Origin: Promethearchaeota archaeon
Lineage (GTDB): Archaea > Asgardarchaeota > Lokiarchaeia > Sigyniarchaeales > SOKP01
Assembly: GCA_016839745.1 (NCBI GenBank)
Contig: JAEOTS010000047.1
Span: 1 to 23,452 of the forward strand
Length of the DNA stretch: 23,452 nucleotides
Direction: 5' to 3'
Shown: in pieces, positions 1 through 9,006 of the stretch
Position numbering within the stretch: position 1 is the stretch's first letter
How the letters are laid out: every line of letters starts with the position of its first letter
Program-made: the position numbers and the translations under genes
The notes under the pieces: model-generated
The model's input: the letters and a program-made list of their open reading frames with translations, nothing else
The model's database searches: none
Told to the model about the DNA's origin: nothing

Positions 1-463
1 ACTCTTGCGCACTTGGAGTATTTTTATTTTCTAACGATTCATATGTCGCCTTTAATTCTTTATGCTTTTTTTGAATTTCAATAAGCTGGCTTAAAAACTG
101 ACCCTTTCTATAATGCGGTAATTCTAACGTAAAATAAGGTATGTCATTATTCTTTAATACCTCTACTAAATAAGTCTGATTGAATTCTTCCAAATAAATT
201 TCTCCTAAATCTATAATTGCAGCATGTACTTGCAAATCTTTAACTTTATCCATCAATTCTTCAACATAAGTTTTTTTAACTATGGGATTTATAGACAACT
301 TATGATTTTCTAAGATTTTGCTTTCTGGAATTTGAGGATACCATGCATCCATAAATGCTTTCTTCTTTTCAACCCACCATTTTTGTTTTTCATTATCTTT
401 CTTATTACCTATATAAACAGAAAAATTATTTTCTTCTATGGTCTCAAACATCATATCACTCAT
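1..463 (-). CDS. hypothetical protein, 5' part (runs off window start)
   Basis: Read manually: ATG at 463 (GAGGG upstream; alternative ATGs at 454/451) opens a stop-free frame MSDMMFETIEENNFSVYIGNKKDNEKQKWWVEKKKAFMDAWYPQIPESK...NKNTPSAQE to position 1. Absent from the ORF track because it has no stop in the window. Confidence 0.75.
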   Translation of the reverse strand, partial: MSDMMFETIEENNFSVYIGNKKDNEKQKWWVEKKKAFMDAWYPQIPESKILENHKLSINPIVKKTYVEELMDKVKDLQVHAAIIDLGEIYLEEFNQTYLVEVLKNNDIPYFTLELPHYRKGQFLSQLIEIQKKHKELKATYESLENKNTPSAQE

Positions 464-838
464 TATTATCCCTCTACTTGATTTTTATTTATATTTACAG
501 TGAAAAAATTAATTCGTATAAAATTGAAATTCAGAAAAAATTTACTTTTCCAATAGTAACATGTAGACTTTCGTATATAAATCTATCGGAACCCATCACC
601 AAGATTGTGGAAAACAGTAGTTTGAATTATGAAAACAATAGTCTAAATGTTGCAGAACGAAAGCCACTTGATCAATCCTAATAATTAATATAATTTTAAA
701 CCTGAGTAAAACAATCAAGGTTAGTTCCTATTGAGATTTTCTATTAAGAATTTTCATTCTTCAGCTAGTAATAATGCCTATGAATAGCATATTTATCAAC
801 TAATTGGTTGAAAAAGTTATTAATTTTATTAGACATTA

Positions 839-961
839 ATGGCTCAACTAGTTCCAGATGCGTGTCACTTTCAAATCCAAGGGAAAGATCACATGACAGT
901 GACATCAGATCCAAAATTTTATATGGTTGTTAAAGCGTTTCTGGATTTTATAAATAATTAG
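839..961 (+). pseudogene. C-terminal remnant of an alpha/beta-fold hydrolase (40 codons)
   Basis: MAQLVPDACHFQIQGKDHMTVTSDPKFYMVVKAFLDFINN* matches the typical hydrolase C-terminus (xPxA...I.G..H.....DP.F...V..FL). An in-frame TAG at 830-832 cuts off the rest. Confidence 0.55.
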
Positions 962-984
962 TAGGGTGATTATGTTAGATATTT

Positions 985-2649
985 TTACGTTATCTTTCTC
1001 AATATTTCTTTATTGATGGTAATAGAGTAAGAATTATAGAAATTTGAACTATATTTTTGGAAAAAGTCCTCTTTCTTTGCCAGGATAGATTTAGTTTCTT
1101 CTTTTTCTGGTTTACCAGAAGCCCAAAAGATTTTACCTGAACTCTTCAGATTAATTTTATCGTGGTTTTTTATTACTTCACCTGCTTTTATTACATATTC
1201 TATATTTCCGAGAGCAGATTTGAAATTTTCATAATTTTTTGAAATATCGGTATCATTTAAATTCAAGTTTAGAATGTTAAGGTCACCGTCAGCTCCTAAA
1301 CCTAAATTACCTTTAATTGTCCCAATACCAAGAGATTTAGCTGGACTCGACCGAGTTAAGATAACGAAATCATTAAATGTTAATACCTTATTGTTACTGG
1401 TAAGTGAGTTGTCTTTTAAGAATTTAAGTTCCATATCATTCATAAATTGTTCGCGTGCATTATTACTGATTAACCAACTTGCAATCTCGGGAAGATTTAC
1501 TATGTCTGCATAGTTTGGATAGTTTACAGAAAACTGTAGTTGCCACGGAGATATGTTTAATGCTAAATCTATCGCGTTTGCCCACATTTCGCAATTTTCT
1601 TTCGTTTTTTTACTGAATTTTCTGAGGGATGCAAACGAGTCTCCTTCAGATTCTACAGAGGATCTAATTAGCTTGTTTGGGTTTGTTGAATTAATCAGCT
1701 TGTTTATAAGATGCCGATCAGAAGTAATCAAAGGGTTGATTGCGTTAAAACCTATAAATCCCAAATCCATGTCAAAGTCTTGATTCTCGTTATAAAATTT
1801 GATCAACTCAGAATTATCCCCGTCTATATTATAACTTGACCCATGTGCAAGATGAAATATTTGAGAACGCTTTATTTTAAAATCGTTTTTCGGATTGGGT
1901 TTTAACCCAAGCGATTTTACCCTGCTTAAAGCTGTAAGCAAGTTCTCTTTAGAATAACTGGTCTCGTAGCCTTCAATATGAGCGTGGATAGAATGAGGCA
2001 ACCCTAAGTGCTCAACAAATCTAGGAAGTTTTTCATACACATCCATAGGAGTAAAGTTGAATAATCTCCCTTTTTCTGTTAGGTTTTTTCTAACCACTTT
2101 CCAATTCCAATATTCAGCTTCGAAAGGGTTGTAGGCTTTAAAACCAAAACCTTTAACTTTCTCTAAAAGATTTGATAAGAAAATAGAACCTTCTTCAACC
2201 ATTTCCTTCTGAAATTCAAGTTCTAGAGCCCAAAAATTGCTGGGATTTAATAGATAAGCTTTATCTAACACGGGGAATCGTTTTAAGTCAAAAATCGTAT
2301 GTTTCGCTAGCGATGGGAAAACATTTGCTTCAAGAATAAAAGTGTATCCGTTTGATATGTAATCTTTAGCAATAGCATTTAAGGTTAAGCTATTCCATAC
2401 ATTCTGAAAATCCTGATTGTTAGAGCCTAACAATCTGACCCAATTAAGTTGTTGCGATGCTATATGCGCGTGAATCTCTACAGCTGCTGGTACAACAGTT
2501 TTCCCTTTCGCATCTATTTCTTTTATATCGCTACTACTAGTGAACTTATCTACAACCTTACCATCTTCAATTAAAATGTCCTTTGATTCACCTTCAATGG
2601 TATTAAAAGGGTCAAAAACAAAACCGTTTTTTACAAGAAGTCTCGACAT
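985..2649 (-). CDS. fwdA: formylmethanofuran dehydrogenase subunit A-like amidohydrolase (divergent)
   Basis: 554 aa; VKNGFVFDP N-terminus, EIHAH, GYTF, GFKAYNP, LGLPHSIHAH, TRSSPAKSLG, KGNLGLGADGD; lies in an operon with fwdD and fwdB. Confidence 0.88.
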   Translation of the reverse strand: MSRLLVKNGFVFDPFNTIEGESKDILIEDGKVVDKFTSSSDIKEIDAKGKTVVPAAVEIHAHIASQQLNWVRLLGSNNQDFQNVWNSLTLNAIAKDYISNGYTFILEANVFPSLAKHTIFDLKRFPVLDKAYLLNPSNFWALELEFQKEMVEEGSIFLSNLLEKVKGFGFKAYNPFEAEYWNWKVVRKNLTEKGRLFNFTPMDVYEKLPRFVEHLGLPHSIHAHIEGYETSYSKENLLTALSRVKSLGLKPNPKNDFKIKRSQIFHLAHGSSYNIDGDNSELIKFYNENQDFDMDLGFIGFNAINPLITSDRHLINKLINSTNPNKLIRSSVESEGDSFASLRKFSKKTKENCEMWANAIDLALNISPWQLQFSVNYPNYADIVNLPEIASWLISNNAREQFMNDMELKFLKDNSLTSNNKVLTFNDFVILTRSSPAKSLGIGTIKGNLGLGADGDLNILNLNLNDTDISKNYENFKSALGNIEYVIKAGEVIKNHDKINLKSSGKIFWASGKPEKEETKSILAKKEDFFQKYSSNFYNSYSITINKEILRKIT

Positions 2650-2650
2650 T

Positions 2651-3028
2651 TTATTTTTTCCCTCGGATTTCTTGTATAATTTCTTTAAATTTCGTTATTG
2701 GATCGCGAGTAGCTTCAACATTCACAACGATGTTTTTATAGAGAAGCTCATTGTCTTGCACTACTGATAATTGATTTGACCATATAGAGACGGGCATAAC
2801 TATCGTTCCTTCAGGAACATTATCATCTTTCTCAACTTTGACTACTACTTGCTTCTCTTTATTCGCTATTTTTAAATGTAGACTTGAAACTAAATTTAAT
2901 TTTTCAAAATCTTTAGAATTAATAAAACAAATAGCTAATTTTTCTTCTAATGATTGTTCAGTTCCGAAAGCGAGTTCTTTTACTTGATCGTTATCGATTT
3001 TTCTCATCGAATTTAACAAAAATTCCAT
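2651..3028 (-). CDS. fwdD: formylmethanofuran dehydrogenase subunit D-like (molybdopterin dinucleotide-binding domain)
   Basis: 125 aa; LNSMR start, ICFINSKDFEKL, VPEGTIVMPVSIWSNQL, YKNIVVNVE; sits between fwdB and fwdA with 1-nt gaps. Confidence 0.85.
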   Translation of the reverse strand: MEFLLNSMRKIDNDQVKELAFGTEQSLEEKLAICFINSKDFEKLNLVSSLHLKIANKEKQVVVKVEKDDNVPEGTIVMPVSIWSNQLSVVQDNELLYKNIVVNVEATRDPITKFKEIIQEIRGKK

Positions 3029-3029
3029 A

Positions 3030-4337
3030 TTAATCCGACCCTCCCTTATTTAATGATTCATATAATTGAGTAAGTAAACCTTCATCTGAAGGAAGGTTGT
3101 TAGGTGGGTTTATAATTTTATGTAACTCAATTGGTACTTGATCTAAGCGATAAGCTAATCCACTGCTTTCAATTCCCGTTATTGATGTTGGTAACACTAC
3201 TTCTGCTACATGTGAAGTGGCTGTGATGTGGTTATCTATAAGTATTAGTGGCTTTTTCGCCATTTTAGAGCTTAACGAATGAGGCAAATGAGAAATAGGG
3301 TCTGTCCCAACGATGAGAGAACAATCGAAGTCTTCTTTTTCAATTTTTGAAACCAATGTGTCGTCTGTTTTTACTATCTGATTATGTTTGAATTCTAATT
3401 TACCAAACGCTCCAAAGGACGAAAGCGCTACATGGTCGAATCCCGCCATGTTAAAATGACCTCCCATTAATAACAACGAAATTCGACCTTTTTCTTGCCT
3501 TTCGTTTATCATTTGTAGTAATTCAAGTAATTCTTCTATTAGATCATAATCGAGATGAGGTTGTATTACCCCTTGGCCAAGAATTATTACCCCATTTTCA
3601 GCCCCTGTAAGATGGAGTAGTAAACGCTTAAGATCGTCCATATCTACTCCAGCAACCCCCTCAGATGGAATAATATCCGCAGAACAACATTCTTCTTTTA
3701 ACATGCGGATTAAATCAATATCCTTGTTTGGTTCTACGATTAAAGGGAGATCTCTGACACCCATAACTCTAAAAGACGCAGTTTTTATAGGGTCAATTAT
3801 AACTAATGTTTTAATTTCTCTTCCTGTCATGCGAAATTTACCGCGGGAAAAGAGAACTTTGTTTAATAAGCGAGGAATGGTCTCTGCCGGATTTGCGCCC
3901 CATAAAATAATTAAATCTCCTTTATTAATAATTTCTGTAATGGTCGTTAGGTTTATTCCTAGATCCCTTGCTCTTTTTAAGAACTTGCCTTGGCATATTG
4001 AAGCGTTTGAGTCTATGAAGCCATTAATTTTTTGAGCTAGCTTAATTCCTGCTTCTTGAGCTTCGCAACTTACGTTTGAAAATCCGTAGAGTAGTGGATT
4101 TAAAGAGTTTTTAAAAATTTCTGTAGCTTTTTCAATGGCCTCGTCCCACGATACTTCTTTTAATTCTCCATCCGTTCTAATCATAGGGTTAATAATCCTA
4201 TTTTGAGCGCTCACTTGATCAAACCTTTCTTTTCCCTTCAGACATGCACCAATAACCTTGCTAATGAACAAACCATCGCTTTTCACCATTATATCATCGC
4301 ATAATAGCGAACAACCGGAACATGTAAACCTTTTCAT
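3030..4337 (-). CDS. fwdB: formylmethanofuran dehydrogenase subunit B-like W/Mo-bisPGD subunit (divergent active site)
   Basis: 435 aa; CSGCSLLCDD...C [4Fe-4S] motif, VSWDEAI, PLLYGF, DSNASIC metal-ligand Cys, WGANP, GHFN, VGTDP, AYRLDQVP, SDE; GAGGA upstream. Confidence 0.9.
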   Translation of the reverse strand: MKRFTCSGCSLLCDDIMVKSDGLFISKVIGACLKGKERFDQVSAQNRIINPMIRTDGELKEVSWDEAIEKATEIFKNSLNPLLYGFSNVSCEAQEAGIKLAQKINGFIDSNASICQGKFLKRARDLGINLTTITEIINKGDLIILWGANPAETIPRLLNKVLFSRGKFRMTGREIKTLVIIDPIKTASFRVMGVRDLPLIVEPNKDIDLIRMLKEECCSADIIPSEGVAGVDMDDLKRLLLHLTGAENGVIILGQGVIQPHLDYDLIEELLELLQMINERQEKGRISLLLMGGHFNMAGFDHVALSSFGAFGKLEFKHNQIVKTDDTLVSKIEKEDFDCSLIVGTDPISHLPHSLSSKMAKKPLILIDNHITATSHVAEVVLPTSITGIESSGLAYRLDQVPIELHKIINPPNNLPSDEGLLTQLYESLNKGGSD

Positions 4338-4371
4338 AATGAATTCCTCATAAAATTATAATAATTAACCT

Positions 4372-4839
4372 TTACACATATTCAATTTTAACTGCTTCGC
4401 GAGGACAATAAGTTTCACAGACGCGACACTCCCTTTCTCTTCCCCCCGCTTCTAACCTTCTGCAATGTTCAATCTTCAACAATTCACATTTTCCACCTAT
4501 AACCTGAAAAAGTTGGTGTTTCTCAGGAGGATATTCTGGTGCTTTACCACTTAAACTTGATGGGCAATATCTCGCATTTACAGGACAAATAGTGACACAA
4601 ATCCCACAACCATCGCAGAGATCCTCGTCTATGTTTATCTTTAGTTCTTTCTGTTGCCCCTCCTCAGATCCAAGCAAATCTTTTAGTGCATCGTATTGTT
4701 TTTTATATTTTGGCTCTAAAAGTGGAGGGCAATCGTCAACCTTAAGTTTGCCCTGCAACAAATCCAAACTAAACGCCATACATGTGGGCTTTCCGCACTT
4801 TTTACAATTAGTTTTCGGTAAGAATTTATACAATTCCAT
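4372..4839 (-). CDS. FwdG-like ferredoxin fused to an N-terminal RnfB/AcsC-type FeS domain
   Basis: LPKTNCKKCGKPTCMAF...CP (FeS domain), then CDGCGICVTICP, a FwdG-like insert and C-x11-CRVCETYCP. The true start may lie 6 codons upstream (4857). Confidence 0.78.
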   Translation of the reverse strand: MELYKFLPKTNCKKCGKPTCMAFSLDLLQGKLKVDDCPPLLEPKYKKQYDALKDLLGSEEGQQKELKINIDEDLCDGCGICVTICPVNARYCPSSLSGKAPEYPPEKHQLFQVIGGKCELLKIEHCRRLEAGGRERECRVCETYCPREAVKIEYV

Positions 4840-4975
4840 AAAATTCTGAACTGGTAAGTTGAATCACCTTAGAATTAATAATAATTTAGAGTTCTACGTG
4901 TGATTAATATTTAGAGCTTTATTAATTTCTTTAGATTATCTAATATAAATTATTCAGCTTCTACCAATTCAAATG

Positions 4976-4995
4976 TTTATAAGTATATATATAAA
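4976..4995 (+). promoter_or_regulatory. putative archaeal TATA box in the divergent fwd/mttB intergenic region
   Basis: TTTATAAGTATATATATAAA about 80-95 nt upstream of the mttB-like ATG; weak evidence given the AT-rich background. Confidence 0.3.
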
Positions 4996-5070
4996 GTTGA
5001 AAACGAATAGTGTTAATATTAACCGAGATTTGTTTTTACCATCTAACAAAACATTAATATTGAGGACATC

Positions 5071-6498
5071 ATGCAAGTCAAAATTCTTGAAGATCATCAG
5101 ATAGAGAAAATTCATCTAAAAACGCTTGAGATTCTTGAAAATACGGGCGTTTATGTACCCCACGAAGAAATATTATCAAAATTTTCAAGTTTTGGAGCGA
5201 AAGTAGACACTGCAACTAATCTAGTTAAAATTCCATCTGAAATAGTCATGGAGCTAGTAGCTAAGGCTGGAAAATCGTTCACATTGTATGGTCGGGATCT
5301 TTCTAAAACTGCAGATTTTGGAGTAGGGAAACGGAATTATAATTCCTCGGCAGGCCAAGCGTTTTGGATTGATAACATAGGTGATCCAAGAAGACATACA
5401 ACTCTTAAAGATGTTAAGGAAGCGACTAGGCTCGGTGATGCTTTAGAACAAATAACAATACCCGGTGCCATGGCGGATCCCCTTGAAATCCCACTTGAGT
5501 GGCGTTGTATACGAGTAGCTCTGGAAATGATAAAGAATACTAATAAACCTATCACTTATTGGTTTAACGATAGACTATCTGCAAAACATCTCGTTGACTT
5601 ACTAATAGCCCTTAGAGGTGACGAAAAAAAAGCTCAGAAATACCCTCTATTCTACCCTCTTTTTGAGCCTGTTAGTCCCTTGAGTTTCCCTTTTAATGGG
5701 ATTGACCTCTTATTTGAGACTGCTCGAGTTAATTTACCAGTACATATCGGTCCAATGGCTCAAATGGGGGTTTCTGCCCCTGCTACTGTTGCTGGGACAT
5801 TAGCCCAAGAAAACGCCGAAATTTTAGCGGCAATTTGTATTACTCAGCTCATCCGTGAGGGAATGCCTGTATGTTACGGTGGAATTTGTCACGCCTTTGA
5901 TATGAAGACCATGCAAATCATCTTTGGAGGTCCTGAGCAAGCAATCTTTTCCATCGCAATGAGTCAGGTAGGACAATATTATGGATTTCCAGTCTACATC
6001 AATGCCGGATTGACAGATTCTAAAAAAATTGATGCTCAAGCCGGACTTGAGACGGGAATCACGTTATCATTAGGAATTGCTTCCGGAGCAGATATTTTTG
6101 GGCACATGGGAATTTGTGGAATGGATCAAGGGACTTCGTTAGACATTCTAATTATGCAATCAGAAATCATTTCTTACTTAGAAAGTGCAAATAGAACAAT
6201 AAGTTTTGACGATGACCTTTTTGCTACCGATCTCATCAGTGAAGTTGGACCCAAGGGAACCTTTCTTAACAAGCGTCATACTGCTCAGAATATCAGGAAA
6301 GAATTATGGTTTCCCAGTCTCTTAGATAGGAAGAATTACGACAAATGGCTAAAGGCTGGTTCTACTAGCATGGAAAAACGATGTCGTGATCGCAAAGAAG
6401 AACTCCTTGCAAAACACGAACCAAAACCCTTAGATAAAGATGCTAAAAACGATCTTGAGAAAATTGTTGAAGATGCGAAACGGAACATTTCAAAATAA
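5071..6498 (+). CDS. trimethylamine methyltransferase (MttB) superfamily protein, non-pyrrolysine type
   Basis: 475 aa; IEKIH..TLEILENTGV, VSPL, SAPATVAGTLAQENAEILA, FDMKT, GGPE, TDSKKIDAQAGLE, EVGPKGTFL...HT, W.KAG. No in-frame TAG; GAGGA SD-like sequence. Confidence 0.92.
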   Translation: MQVKILEDHQIEKIHLKTLEILENTGVYVPHEEILSKFSSFGAKVDTATNLVKIPSEIVMELVAKAGKSFTLYGRDLSKTADFGVGKRNYNSSAGQAFWIDNIGDPRRHTTLKDVKEATRLGDALEQITIPGAMADPLEIPLEWRCIRVALEMIKNTNKPITYWFNDRLSAKHLVDLLIALRGDEKKAQKYPLFYPLFEPVSPLSFPFNGIDLLFETARVNLPVHIGPMAQMGVSAPATVAGTLAQENAEILAAICITQLIREGMPVCYGGICHAFDMKTMQIIFGGPEQAIFSIAMSQVGQYYGFPVYINAGLTDSKKIDAQAGLETGITLSLGIASGADIFGHMGICGMDQGTSLDILIMQSEIISYLESANRTISFDDDLFATDLISEVGPKGTFLNKRHTAQNIRKELWFPSLLDRKNYDKWLKAGSTSMEKRCRDRKEELLAKHEPKPLDKDAKNDLEKIVEDAKRNISK

Positions 6499-6533
6499 CC
6501 TTAAAAGGGGATTTTTAATTATAAATAAGATAG

Positions 6534-7376
6534 GTGATTAAAATAGCTTCTAAAAATTTGAATATTGTTGCGATGTTTGCCCACCCTGACGATTTATCAA
6601 TATTTTGTGCTGGGACATTGGCAAGATGGGCAGAAGAAGGTCACAATATATATGCGTTATGTTGTACGAGCGGAGAAGTGGGAACCTTAAGGCGAGATTT
6701 AACGAAAGAACAGGTTGCTGCGACTCGCGAAAGAGAATTAAGAGCCGCGAACGAAATTATTGGAGTAAAAGAAACAATAATTCTTGATTACCCTGATGCT
6801 GGATTCATTAATGGTCCTGAGTTACGAGAAAGGCTCGTAAAATTCGTTAGAAAATTGAAAGCAGATCGTGTAGTAACCTTTGATCCTTGGGTTGCTTATG
6901 AAGTTCATCCCGATCACTTAATTGTAGCACGGATGGCAGCTGAGGCAGCAGCTTTTGCAGCTTTTCCCTTACTTTACACTGAACAATTCAAAGAAGGCGT
7001 AGAACCCTATGAATGCTCAGAAGTTTGGTTTATGGGCCTTTTAGGACACAAACCCAATTATTTTGTCGATATTAGCTCAACTTTAGAAAAAAAAATAGAA
7101 TCCGCGTTAAAATATGAAGCCACCCTTGAACTTTTAGCAAATTTATTCGCCCCGAAAATCGACCCTGCTAATGTGTCTCCAGATGAATTGAGAAAGCTCT
7201 CTAAATACGCAACTAGACTATTTCGCTCGATGGCGATAGCCATTGGAAATAAAGTTGATTTAAAAGCAGCTGAAGCCTTTTTTGTTCAGAAAACTCTACC
7301 CGGGCATTTTGATAATTTTCAGCAATTAACCTCAGAGATGTTAGGAAATCCCCCAGAAAAACCTAAAATTTATTAA
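6534..7376 (+). CDS. PIG-L/LmbE family Zn-dependent N-deacetylase
   Basis: AHPDD, TSGEVG, RERELRAA..IIGV, LDYPD, HPDH, VDIS...KK, AEAF motifs; GTG start. Confidence 0.9.
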   Translation: MIKIASKNLNIVAMFAHPDDLSIFCAGTLARWAEEGHNIYALCCTSGEVGTLRRDLTKEQVAATRERELRAANEIIGVKETIILDYPDAGFINGPELRERLVKFVRKLKADRVVTFDPWVAYEVHPDHLIVARMAAEAAAFAAFPLLYTEQFKEGVEPYECSEVWFMGLLGHKPNYFVDISSTLEKKIESALKYEATLELLANLFAPKIDPANVSPDELRKLSKYATRLFRSMAIAIGNKVDLKAAEAFFVQKTLPGHFDNFQQLTSEMLGNPPEKPKIY

Positions 7377-7388
7377 AATCAATTTTGT

Positions 7389-7401
7389 TCCTTTTTTTTT
7401 T
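7389..7401 (+). terminator. oligo-T archaeal-type terminator
   Basis: Run of about 10 T residues shortly after the deacetylase stop codon. Confidence 0.4.
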
Positions 7402-7543
7402 AAAATAAGACTTTTTACCTTAGTAAATTTTTCTAGGTGAGGAATCTTTATATAAAAGTTCTGTAAACTATAATTAAATCTAAAATTTAATAAAAAAAAG
7501 TATAATTACATACAGAATTTAAAAAAAAAATAGTGCTTCATGA

Positions 7544-8971
7544 ATGAATGAAACAAAAGAACAGTTAACTTATAAAGAACCTTCATTACTCAATACAATT
7601 TCTTACGGATCAGCCGGATTTTGGAGCATGTTAGCGTATGGAGTATTTAATGCATATCTAATTTTCTTTTACGAGAGCGTCGTTGGTTTAAATATAGTTT
7701 ATGTGTTCTGGGCGATGCTCATCTTCACAGTCTGGGATGCAATAAATGATCCATTGATTGGCTGGCTTACAGATCGAGTAACGAAATATACAAGAAAGAT
7801 AGGAAAACGATTCATTTGGATAGTAATTGGTATCATCCCCGCAAATTTTGTCCTTGCTCTCGTATTTATGCCCCCCGCAGCTGATCCAGCTACAGATCCA
7901 CTACCTTTTTTTTGGTGGATTGTATTTACAACTGTAATATTCGATTCTCTTTACACAATCTGTTTTGTTAATGTAGAAGGTATGTTTGCTGACAAATTTC
8001 GCACTGAAAAAGCTCGTAGAAGGGCTAGAGGGTGGGGAACGCCTCTTTCCATGCTAGCTTTGCCTGTTGCAAATATAGTCCCTCCAATAATCCTTGGTCT
8101 TTTTGGGGGATCAACCGTTCAAAGCGCTTATCTACCAATGATATTTCTTATCATTGCCACGATAGCACCAGTCTCTTTATTAATGCTCCCCGGAATGCGT
8201 GAGAATAAAGAGATGATTGAGAGATATTATATAAGTAAAGAAAAGCCTGAGAGCTTTATAGCTGGCTTAAAATCAACCCTAAAACAAAAGAGTTTTGTTT
8301 ACTACATTATTTTGTTTTTTGGATTTCAAGTGGTAACGGGATCTTTAACAGCTTCCATACCTTATGCTGCCAATTATGTATTACCTGGACCCCCACTTGG
8401 CACTGAAGTTAACATGATACTTTTATTCGCGATATTTCTAAATGGTGCCCTCGTTTCGGTTCCAGTTTGGATTCGGGTTGCGAAAAAAGTAAAAAATAAT
8501 AAGAAAACGGCATTGATAGGGGGGGTTTGTTTAATAGTAGGGGCATTTATAACCCCACTTTTTACAGGTTTAATCGATTCTATGATATATATGTTCATAT
8601 TGGGGTTTACTATGGGTAACTTTTGGACTTTAATGACAATTTATTTCTCTGATGTCCTTGATGAACGAGTAATTCTAACTAAATCACCGAATAGGGGTAC
8701 AACTGTAGGCGTTTCAGCTTTCCTTTCTCGTTTCGCCAGAGCTGCTCAAATTGGTGTATTTACAATTGTACATGTTCTTACAGGTTTTGTTGAAGGTGCG
8801 CCACCACACACACAATCTCTTGATGCGCAATTCGGTATTCGTTTGCATATGGGTATTATCCCTGCAATAATCTTAATATTCTGTACATTAATATATTGGA
8901 AGTTCTACCCTATTACACCAAAAATATGGATGGAAAATAAGCAAAAACTCCAAGAACTTGGATTCGCATAA
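7544..8971 (+). CDS. MFS transporter, GPH (MelB-like glycoside:cation symporter) family
   Basis: About 12 hydrophobic segments; WDAINDPLIGWLTDR, GKRFIWI, SDVLDE, YPIT motifs. Confidence 0.88.
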   Translation: MNETKEQLTYKEPSLLNTISYGSAGFWSMLAYGVFNAYLIFFYESVVGLNIVYVFWAMLIFTVWDAINDPLIGWLTDRVTKYTRKIGKRFIWIVIGIIPANFVLALVFMPPAADPATDPLPFFWWIVFTTVIFDSLYTICFVNVEGMFADKFRTEKARRRARGWGTPLSMLALPVANIVPPIILGLFGGSTVQSAYLPMIFLIIATIAPVSLLMLPGMRENKEMIERYYISKEKPESFIAGLKSTLKQKSFVYYIILFFGFQVVTGSLTASIPYAANYVLPGPPLGTEVNMILLFAIFLNGALVSVPVWIRVAKKVKNNKKTALIGGVCLIVGAFITPLFTGLIDSMIYMFILGFTMGNFWTLMTIYFSDVLDERVILTKSPNRGTTVGVSAFLSRFARAAQIGVFTIVHVLTGFVEGAPPHTQSLDAQFGIRLHMGIIPAIILIFCTLIYWKFYPITPKIWMENKQKLQELGFA

Positions 8972-8991
8972 AAAAATAAATTTAAATCCTT

Positions 8992-9003
8992 CTTTTTTTT
9001 TTT
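8992..9003 (+). terminator. oligo-T terminator between convergent genes
   Basis: T-run after the MFS stop; an A-run at about 8970-8980 could serve the opposite strand. Confidence 0.4.
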
Positions 9004-9006
9004 CCG

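Noticed and set aside
355-681. 108-aa plus-strand ORF
   Set aside because: It overlaps the start of a better minus-strand gene (1-463), has AT-driven composition and shows no motifs.
3993-3995. Possible selenocysteine at the FwdB metal ligand
   Set aside because: The codon is TGC (Cys); no in-frame TGA readthrough candidate or SECIS was recognised in the window.
6010-6012. Possible pyrrolysine in MttB
   Set aside because: The codon is TTG (Leu), the ORF is uninterrupted and no pyl genes are present.
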